32,000 nucleotides of DNA. Source: Candidatus Saccharimonadota bacterium (GTDB taxonomy: Bacteria; Patescibacteriota; Saccharimonadia; Saccharimonadales; Saccharimonadaceae). The DNA is taken from contig CP060232.1 in assembly GCA_023898645.1 (NCBI GenBank), forward strand, positions 630,001-662,000, read 5' to 3'. The notes under the pieces are model-generated. The model had not been told where the DNA came from. It did not search any database and worked only from the letters and a program-made list of their open reading frames with translations. Both the position numbers and the translations under genes were made by a program. Below are positions 25,126-32,000 of the stretch, piece by piece; within the stretch, counting starts at the first letter, position 1; every line of letters begins with the position of its first letter.

Positions 25126-26136
25126 ATGGCTAAAAAAGCCGAACTATTAGAAAAGGCTGCCGAGCTCAAACTCGAAGTCACCGAAAAAAACACAATCGCC
25201 GAGATCGAAGCTGCCATCAATACAGTAGATGCTCCAGTGGTTGAAAAGGTCGAAGAAGTCGTAGCTGAAGAAGTAGTAGCCGACAAGCCAGCCGCAAAAG
25301 CCGGCAAGCGCAGTGAAAAAGCTCAAAAAGAAGTAGCTGAAAAGCTAGAAAAAGAAGCTCGCAAAGAATCTGGCGACACAACACCTCAGTCTGAAGACGC
25401 CGAAGCTCACGTTAAAAAGGGCAAAGCACCTATTATCCGCTCACGCCTCGAACGCCGTGGCAAAAATTACCGCAAGGTAGCTGAACTAGTTGAAAAGGGC
25501 AAAGTTTACAGTCTTCAGGACGCGCTAGAACTAGCAACCAAAACCAACCCAACCAAATTCGACGCTAGCGTTGAATTGCACGTACGCCTAGGCGTTGACC
25601 CTCGTCAGGCCGACCAAAACATTCGTGCGACTGTCAGCCTGCCACACGGTACCGGCAAGACCGTCCGTGTAGCAGTATTTGCACCTGAATCTGAACATGC
25701 CGCAGCCAAAAAAGCTGGCGCAGACGTCGTAGGTGACGACGACTTCCTAAAGCAACTAGAAAAGGAAGAACTTAACTTCGACATCCTCGTTTCAACTCCT
25801 CAGTACATGCCAAAACTTGGTAAGTACGCACGATTGCTTGGCCCACGCGGTCTTATGCCAAACCCTAAGAGTGGCACCGTGTCAGCAAACGTCGGCAAAG
25901 CCGTCGAAGAAGCAAAAGCCGGTCGTGTTGAATACCGCGTCGACAAGCAAGCTATTGTTCACATCGGCATCGGCAAGGTAAGCTTTGGTACTGAAAAGCT
26001 AGTACAAAACGCCACTGCCTTTGTAGACAGCCTGAAGTCTCAAAAACCAAGCAGCCTTAAGGGTAGCTACGTTAAATCAACCAGCGTTACTACAACTATG
26101 GGTCCTGGCATCAAGGTTGATGCTGGTATCAACTAG
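25126..26136 (+). CDS. rplA: 50S ribosomal protein L1 with a ~105-aa Lys/Glu/Ala-rich N-terminal extension
   Basis: The canonical uL1 core starts at about residue 110 ([34 protein letters not shown]..., [15 protein letters not shown]). The extension has no alternative internal start. Confidence 0.9.
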   Translation: MAKKAELLEKAAELKLEVTEKNTIAEIEAAINTVDAPVVEKVEEVVAEEVVADKPAAKAGKRSEKAQKEVAEKLEKEARKESGDTTPQSEDAEAHVKKGKAPIIRSRLERRGKNYRKVAELVEKGKVYSLQDALELATKTNPTKFDASVELHVRLGVDPRQADQNIRATVSLPHGTGKTVRVAVFAPESEHAAAKKAGADVVGDDDFLKQLEKEELNFDILVSTPQYMPKLGKYARLLGPRGLMPNPKSGTVSANVGKAVEEAKAGRVEYRVDKQAIVHIGIGKVSFGTEKLVQNATAFVDSLKSQKPSSLKGSYVKSTSVTTTMGPGIKVDAGIN

Positions 26137-26148
26137 TTAATTGTAAAA

Positions 26149-26186
26149 CAATCAAAAATAGCCCGCTATAGGGCTATTTTTGATTG
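26149..26186. terminator. Strong bidirectional-type hairpin terminator after rplA
   Basis: A perfect 16-bp stem caatcaaaaatagccc / gggctatttttgattg with a 6-nt loop. The stem itself contains the U-run. Confidence 0.75.
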
Positions 26187-26210
26187 TAGAAATATGTTGT
26201 ATATACAACT

Positions 26211-26239
26211 TTGCCTAAGACTAAAATGCTAGGTAGAAT
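26211..26239 (+). promoter_or_regulatory. Promoter for thyX-dcd-tmk (TTGCCT-17 nt-TAGAAT)
   Basis: The -35 is at 26211-26216 and the -10 at 26234-26239. The SD sequence aaggaggg precedes the ATG at 26296. Confidence 0.5.
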
Positions 26240-26295
26240 AGTGGCAACGGGGTGAGCAAAAATAGACATATTTAGGAGTTTTTTAAGGAGGGAAT

Positions 26296-27366
26296 ATGGC
26301 ATTTGAAACAAAAGTTCTTGCTGATTCAATATCAGACAAGGGAATTCGTCTGACGACCGTCGAGGCGACATATCCTCGTTTGATTCACTCTGAACTCATG
26401 ACACACCGCGTGTTTAGCCGTAACTCGGCAAGTACGCGCGCAATCCCACTCGCAAATCACCTTGCAAACCTAATTAAAAATCCTTTTATACCTGAAAAGT
26501 TCGGCATCAATCAGCCAGGCATGCAATCGTATAAGAATCTTGAAGGCATGAAGCACGACCAAGCCGTAGAAGTATGGCTTGCAGGTCGTGACCGCGCCCT
26601 CACTACAACGCTCGAACTCATACTTGGCCGTGATGTTGCGGCTGACTTGCTCGACTACGATCCAACAAAGGAATTCGTGAATGGCACCACGCTGGAAGAA
26701 GAATTTCAAGAAATCAAGAATGTATTACCGAAAAGCACAGACGAAATTGATCTAAACGAAACGTCTCTACTCAATGTACACAAGCAGCTTGCCGGGCGAG
26801 GCCTAGAAGCTTACATGTGGCACACTGTCATCATTACTGCCACAGAATGGGACAACTTTTATGGTCTTCGTGTCCACCCAGACGCCCAGGGTGAAATAGC
26901 CACTTCAGCAAGGCTCACTCAGCAAGCAATCGAAGCATCAGAACCGCAACTTATCGGCCCAGGCGACTGGCATCTGCCATTAGTGGAAGATGATGAATTT
27001 ACAAATTATCACGATGGCATCAAAGCATCCGCTGCGCGATGTGCAGCTGTCAGCTACAATCGCCACCAAAAAAAGGATTTCGCATCAGAGGCAAAACGAT
27101 ACCAGCAACTTCGTAACGGTGGCCACATGTCTCCGCTCGAACATCAGGCGACGCCATTTAATTGGGCGGACTGGGAGATTGTAAAGACGCAGCAACAAGT
27201 CATTGATTCCATGGTAGCCATCAGCGGCCTTCGCTCATACCGAAGCGCGCACATGGCAAAGCATTCCGAAAACGTCCAATTCCTGGGTAATTTCCGAGGC
27301 TGGATTCAACACCGCAAGCAAGTGCCGTACGAACAAGATTTTTCACAAATTACCAATAAGGATTAA
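26296..27366 (+). CDS. thyX: ThyX-family (flavin-dependent thymidylate synthase-like) protein, atypically long with rearranged motif order
   Basis: The ThyX motif is THRVFSRNSASTR (xHRxxSxxxxSxR). LRVHPDAQGEI resembles the AQxEIR motif. GHMSPLEH lies near the C-terminus instead of the N-terminus. Confidence 0.7.
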   Translation: MAFETKVLADSISDKGIRLTTVEATYPRLIHSELMTHRVFSRNSASTRAIPLANHLANLIKNPFIPEKFGINQPGMQSYKNLEGMKHDQAVEVWLAGRDRALTTTLELILGRDVAADLLDYDPTKEFVNGTTLEEEFQEIKNVLPKSTDEIDLNETSLLNVHKQLAGRGLEAYMWHTVIITATEWDNFYGLRVHPDAQGEIATSARLTQQAIEASEPQLIGPGDWHLPLVEDDEFTNYHDGIKASAARCAAVSYNRHQKKDFASEAKRYQQLRNGGHMSPLEHQATPFNWADWEIVKTQQQVIDSMVAISGLRSYRSAHMAKHSENVQFLGNFRGWIQHRKQVPYEQDFSQITNKD

Positions 27367-27369
27367 CGA

Positions 27370-28269
27370 ATGCCAGAATACGATAAAATTGCCGGTTTTA
27401 ACGTAGAATACATACCTACGGAAGGCGACACTGACTTTAACCACACTCCCGTTCGCGTCATGAACGACCGAGTCATTGGCTACGGCACATTTAGCGACGT
27501 TGAACTCAAGGTAGCACTAGGGCTGGGTCACATCGTCTGCGATCCTGAACCACGCAAAATCAACGGATCTAGTATAGACGTGACCCTCGGACACTACTTT
27601 TATCATGCAGGAACCGCTCGACAGCTCGGCGGCATCTTTAATCCGTTCGACAAAGACGACGTCGATCGTTACTTTGGCGAAGCCAAAAAAGCCTTGCCAC
27701 TTGCTGAAGTGCGCAAGAAAATTGGCAAGGAAATTTTGCTACTCATCAAGGACGGTCGGCTCAGCCGCGAAGAGGGCAGCGCTCGTTACGACAGATTTGA
27801 AGGGCTTGATCAGCTCGATGGCATCCCCGAGGATCACCCGGTAGTCATCCTTCGTCCCGGCGAACGCATACTTGGCCACACTAATGAGTTTATCGGCATT
27901 AAACCGCCAGGAACCACCAGCATGCAATCGCGCAGCACAACCGGCCGCTTTGGCGTGGCTGCCTGCTTTTGTGCCGGCTGGGGAGACCCTGGCTACATAA
28001 ACCGCTGGACCATGGAAATCAACAATCTCAATGAAAACGAATATGTACCCATACCGGTTGGTTATCGCATAGCCCAAATCGTATTCTCTATGACCGGACC
28101 GGTCGACATCGAATATTCAAAAGCTACGGGTAAATACCAGGCAACTAGTTACGACGACCTGGCCGAGATCAAACGCCTGTGGACTCCTGAACAGATGCTC
28201 CCGCGCGCCTACAAGGACGAAATCGTATTGCCACCCGTACCCGAAGGTATAAATCCGAATTACCTATAG
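27370..28269 (+). CDS. dcd: dCTP deaminase / dUTPase-superfamily protein with a ~100-aa insertion
   Basis: INGSSIDVTLGHYFY matches Dcd INGATVDVRLGNKF (from memory). SRSTTGRFGV...GWGDPGYINRWTMEINN...IAQIVF matches GRSSLARLG...IDPGW...LE..N...I..L.F. Confidence 0.7.
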   Translation: MPEYDKIAGFNVEYIPTEGDTDFNHTPVRVMNDRVIGYGTFSDVELKVALGLGHIVCDPEPRKINGSSIDVTLGHYFYHAGTARQLGGIFNPFDKDDVDRYFGEAKKALPLAEVRKKIGKEILLLIKDGRLSREEGSARYDRFEGLDQLDGIPEDHPVVILRPGERILGHTNEFIGIKPPGTTSMQSRSTTGRFGVAACFCAGWGDPGYINRWTMEINNLNENEYVPIPVGYRIAQIVFSMTGPVDIEYSKATGKYQATSYDDLAEIKRLWTPEQMLPRAYKDEIVLPPVPEGINPNYL

Positions 28270-28272
28270 ACT

Positions 28273-28941
28273 ATGAAAGCTCCAGAAAAAGTTGGAAAAT
28301 ACGTCGTCATTGAAGGTCATGACGGCACGGGCAAAACGTCACAGGTAAATAAGGTGAGAAAGCTGCTCGCATCACAAGGCATTGCGTCCGTTGAACTTTC
28401 TGAGCCAGCCAAAGACCCTGCAGACGGAGAAACTGACGAGGTGTTGATTGCGGATGCTATCCGAACCATTCTGAAAAATGGCTCCCTGACACGTGACGCA
28501 ACCACAAACTTATTTCTTTTTAGCGCAGCCAGGCATGAGTTATGGCACCAAAAAGCAATTCCCGCTCTTAAACTAGGTAAATGGGTAGTAGCTGCGCGCA
28601 ATTACTATTCCACGCTCGCATATCAGGGATACGGAGAAGGGCTAGATCTTGAACTTATTCATAATATGACCGCTACCGCTACGGACAATCATTACATGAA
28701 CCCTGATATCGCCATCATACTCGACCTTGACGACGAGGAAGTACGACTCAAAAGAATTGAAGCTCGAGGCGAGCTTGAAAACCCCGACACTTTCGAGAGC
28801 AAAGGAGGTGACTTTCAACAGCGAGTTAAGGATGCCTATATAAATATAGCGAGTACTTATAAAATCCCAATCGTATCCGCTTCCGGAAGCATAACTGAAG
28901 TTACCGATGAAATCTGGAGCATCGTAGAGCCTCGAATATAG
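28273..28941 (+). CDS. tmk: dTMP (thymidylate) kinase
   Basis: The P-loop is VVIEGHDGTGKTSQ, with a DRY-like region AARNYYSTLAYQG. The length is typical for the family. Confidence 0.85.
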   Translation: MKAPEKVGKYVVIEGHDGTGKTSQVNKVRKLLASQGIASVELSEPAKDPADGETDEVLIADAIRTILKNGSLTRDATTNLFLFSAARHELWHQKAIPALKLGKWVVAARNYYSTLAYQGYGEGLDLELIHNMTATATDNHYMNPDIAIILDLDDEEVRLKRIEARGELENPDTFESKGGDFQQRVKDAYINIASTYKIPIVSASGSITEVTDEIWSIVEPRI

Positions 28942-28962
28942 GCTAGGATAAGCTTTGGATTC

Positions 28963-30039
28963 TTACGCAGCTACAAACGATCGTATTGATTCTGCGGACT
29001 GCTGAGCTTTTTTAAATACAGGGAAGACGATCCTTTTCACAACTTCCTTGCCGGCGGCTATACCTGTATGAGTCACGTGATCGACCATATTCTTATGTTC
29101 ACCGCCACGATCGCGCTTTACCGCGTCGTATACTGTCAAATACTGAAGCGGGTCAGGCAGCGGACCCTCGAATGTCTTGATGATATTTCGAAGCTCATTT
29201 AGCCTTTTCTGGTTGTCTTTCGTGAATGGGATGCCGAATTTAGTCCTGATGTCTGCTGGTAATTCGCCAATCGTTAGCAAACTCATTAATTCAGTAACTG
29301 GCATCAAGGCCAACTTAGCAAGAGGCCATGCGGCTTTCGGCACAGACTCTGGTCGCGGTGGAGTACGATCTAGCGCTAAATTAATTGCTCGCTCTGCACT
29401 AGGATTCATTTCTAATACGTTGTCGATCATGTATTTACGGTATTCCAAATTTGCCCCGTAGTCCGCCGGCACCATGTTCATAGGCATGCCGTAATAACTG
29501 AACCATGTCGCCGATTCAAGCTGTAGTTGTTCACGATCAGCGTCGGTAAAGCTTTCCAAGCTATACTGTTCGGCAAGATTTTGGACACCACGCCGGAACG
29601 TCTCATGAGCCCAGTAAAAGGCCTCTGGATCCAACGCGTTAAATTTACGGCCCATATAGTCCTTGCCGTTAATACGCTCGTGAAACTGTCGTACGCGATC
29701 GCCGGCAGCATAAGGATCGTCGGCATACACAACGGCCATAATAGGGTCCATCGACACGGCAACGCGGTTATACGGATTCTTCCAAAATTTCTCTGTATGT
29801 TCAACCGCCGCTCCAATTTGAGGATGCAGCAATTGCTCTATACCTATGCCGATTTGAGTACCATAGGCAACTTTGCCAAATTTACGTTTTACGATAGAGT
29901 CGCCGTCCAATGGGGCGCCGATAAGCTCCTCACCTCTGTCGTTAACGACTGGATCTCCATGGCGGTCCACAATCAGGAATTGTCGTTCTGATTCGCTTGC
30001 TTGTATACCGTACCTTGGATGTGCCATATGATTCTCCAA
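28963..30039 (-). CDS. Hypothetical protein, possibly an MpaB/DUF2236-family oxygenase
   Basis: RVRQFHERINGKDYMGRKFNALDPEAFYWAHETF resembles the conserved DUF2236 segment. The assignment is from memory only. Confidence 0.4.
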   Translation of the reverse strand: MENHMAHPRYGIQASESERQFLIVDRHGDPVVNDRGEELIGAPLDGDSIVKRKFGKVAYGTQIGIGIEQLLHPQIGAAVEHTEKFWKNPYNRVAVSMDPIMAVVYADDPYAAGDRVRQFHERINGKDYMGRKFNALDPEAFYWAHETFRRGVQNLAEQYSLESFTDADREQLQLESATWFSYYGMPMNMVPADYGANLEYRKYMIDNVLEMNPSAERAINLALDRTPPRPESVPKAAWPLAKLALMPVTELMSLLTIGELPADIRTKFGIPFTKDNQKRLNELRNIIKTFEGPLPDPLQYLTVYDAVKRDRGGEHKNMVDHVTHTGIAAGKEVVKRIVFPVFKKAQQSAESIRSFVAA

Positions 30040-30167
30040 TAATTTTCTATATTATCCTACCAGGTTAAATTATTTGCAAGCATAGAACTTAAAATAATCT
30101 CCCTTGCCATCCATTACTCTAGTTATATGCTTGTGTTTTAAGGCAAATAGCTTTAGCATAATAAGGT

Positions 30168-32000
30168 ATGACTGGTGGAAAAAACAGTCCCGTTGGGAAG
30201 GGTGTCCTGTATAAGGTTAGGCATGCCGTGCGACTGAATATTTCTGCCAAAATTCTCGTCTATTTTCTTTATATCGCGCTCGTACCCCTTATCTCTGTAA
30301 GCTATGTACTCGTAAACAACGCCCGAGATCAGCTACTTAACGACGCAACCGTCAAGCAGCAAGTAGTAGCCAACGACCTGTCTCGACGCGTCGATAACTA
30401 CCTGGCCAACGACATCAACATGCTAGCCTTTGAAGCCAGGCTGTCTTCCACACACACGCTCGACAACGACAGGTTAGACCAAAGTCTGTCTGCGCTGTTC
30501 AACCAAAACGCCAGCCTACAACAAGTATCGATCCAAACGGCAGACGGTCGTCAGCGAACATTTACTTCTCAGAGCTCAGGCTTAATAAAAGTAACAGACA
30601 GTAAGGTAGACCTAGTAAGCTCCGGCGCCCTGCAATTCATGGTGGGCAAGTCATATCTTATCTCTGTTGGTCGCGACGACAATAACAACCCGCAGATTGC
30701 TGTCGGTCTTCCGATTCTCAAAACATACGGCGAACCAAGCAACAGCTTGTTTGCGTCGCCCGTAGGCACTACTGATAATGTCGCCGGAGCAATCATCGGC
30801 TATTTCAATGTAAGCGATCTCTGGCAATCAGTAATCTCAACTACCGTTGGAAAGGGTGGTTACGCATACGTCGTCGATGGAAGCGGTAATTTAGTTACGC
30901 ATCCAGACAAGAAATTCCTTGATACTCACAAAGATTTAGCCGAGACCGAGGCGGTCCATCAGTTCATTAACGGTAACGGGCGTACTACTCAAACCGTCTC
31001 TGAAACCGGTAAAGATGTCATTAGCACACCGGGCGGAACCACGACCGGATGGGCGGTCATCGTGGAAGAACCCGTTGAAAGTATCTACTCCGGTATAGAT
31101 TCGTTCATCAAACTATCTGCCACGACCGGCGTCATAGCCACTATTCTTACGGTCCTTGTAGGCCTCTTCTTTAGTAGGCAGCTTATTCGCCCCCTAAGAG
31201 AATTGTCTCTCGGAGCCAAGCGGTTGGGGCGTGGAGACTTTGACCAAAAAATCGAGATCCACACCAAAGACGAATTACAAGAACTGGCAGAAACGTTTAA
31301 CGCTATGGGTCAGGGTATTAAAAAATTAATTGGTGACCTAAAGACAAACAACCTTAAGCTAAAAATTGAACAAATCAAGCTCAACAACATCATCAGCAGC
31401 GTGAACGATGGCATCGTGGCCGTCAACAGTGATGGAGAAATCATCTCTATCAATCCTCCTGCCGCCGCCTTTGTTAATAAAAGTCCGAAGTCGCTCGAAG
31501 GTACGCTTATGGACGAACAATTTAATTGGGAACACGACGGCAACCGATTTACACCCGACCTAAAAAATGGCGGCATCTACCGCTATTCTGATCTTGTACT
31601 CAACAACGGGGAATCTGTAGTTTACTTAGACGTAATGGTCGCCGTACTCGATCACCAGGAAAGCGACGTTGCAGCCATCATAACCATCCACGACCAAACG
31701 GCAAGCCGCGAACTCAGCTTCATGAAATTAGACTTCGTCGCCATTGCTGCGCACGAATTGCGAACGCCACTGACCGTCATCAGAGGATACCTTGATCTAC
31801 TTAATACCACGGCAGTTAACGAACTAACTATTTATAATCTCGAAAACCTTCACAAAGCTATGGATGGCGCCGACCAACTACGCCAACTAATTAACAAACT
31901 ACTAAATATCGCTCGTATCGAACGTGGTGATATGGAAATATTTATTGAGAAACTAAACCTGACAAAACTTGTGAAAGAAAACGTAGAACAGCATAAATCG
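30168..32000 (+). CDS. Sensor histidine kinase (TM - extracytoplasmic Cache-like domain - TM - HAMP - PAS - HisKA); 3' partial
   Basis: It is absent from the ORF track because it runs off the window. I translated 611 codons from the ATG at 30168 without meeting a stop. The HAMP domain is RPLRELSLGAKRLGRGDFDQKIEIHTKDELQELAETFNAMG and the H-box is AIAAHELRTPLTVIRGY. Confidence 0.85.
   Translation, partial: MTGGKNSPVGKGVLYKVRHAVRLNISAKILVYFLYIALVPLISVSYVLVNNARDQLLNDATVKQQVVANDLSRRVDNYLANDINMLAFEARLSSTHTLDNDRLDQSLSALFNQNASLQQVSIQTADGRQRTFTSQSSGLIKVTDSKVDLVSSGALQFMVGKSYLISVGRDDNNNPQIAVGLPILKTYGEPSNSLFASPVGTTDNVAGAIIGYFNVSDLWQSVISTTVGKGGYAYVVDGSGNLVTHPDKKFLDTHKDLAETEAVHQFINGNGRTTQTVSETGKDVISTPGGTTTGWAVIVEEPVESIYSGIDSFIKLSATTGVIATILTVLVGLFFSRQLIRPLRELSLGAKRLGRGDFDQKIEIHTKDELQELAETFNAMGQGIKKLIGDLKTNNLKLKIEQIKLNNIISSVNDGIVAVNSDGEIISINPPAAAFVNKSPKSLEGTLMDEQFNWEHDGNRFTPDLKNGGIYRYSDLVLNNGESVVYLDVMVAVLDHQESDVAAIITIHDQTASRELSFMKLDFVAIAAHELRTPLTVIRGYLDLLNTTAVNELTIYNLENLHKAMDGADQLRQLINKLLNIARIERGDMEIFIEKLNLTKLVKENVEQHKS

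Overview
The window is about 45% G+C by eye. It carries the core genes secE-nusG-rplK...rplA, thyX-dcd-tmk, two sensor kinases and many small hypothetical or membrane proteins. This reads like a reduced-genome Patescibacteria/CPR organism, possibly Saccharibacteria-like, but that placement is inference only.

Main result: a complete diversity-generating retroelement (DGR) lies at about 1.76-4.56 kb.
- A 112-nt TR/VR pair differs only at TR adenines: 15 A-to-N changes and 0 non-A changes.
- The reverse transcriptase (RT) has DGR-type motifs.
- The Avd-like gene is encoded antisense between TR and RT.
- A (CT)38 microsatellite sits in frame at the only canonical RT start.
- The target gene has strongly foreign, GC3-rich composition.

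Second result: rplK and rplA are separated by a ~5.8-kb accessory island. Three head-to-tail minus-strand transcription units in it share one scaffold: a consensus promoter, a conserved leader start, a 5' box, a variable CDS, a long GC hairpin, a 3' box and a terminator. The 5' and 3' boxes of each unit are mutually complementary and co-vary between units.

Other notable items:
- a split NOX/ferric-reductase-like + ApbE operon;
- a ~200-nt multi-hairpin intergenic element with a tRNA-like T-arm, flanked by 12-bp direct repeats;
- a ThyX homologue that looks circularly permuted;
- ribosomal protein L1 with a ~105-aa N-terminal extension;
- a small cassette inserted between nusG and rplK.

I found no rRNA gene, no convincing canonical tRNA gene, no CRISPR array and no transposase. 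All promoter, terminator and function calls come from reading the sequence and remembered family motifs; no searches were run.
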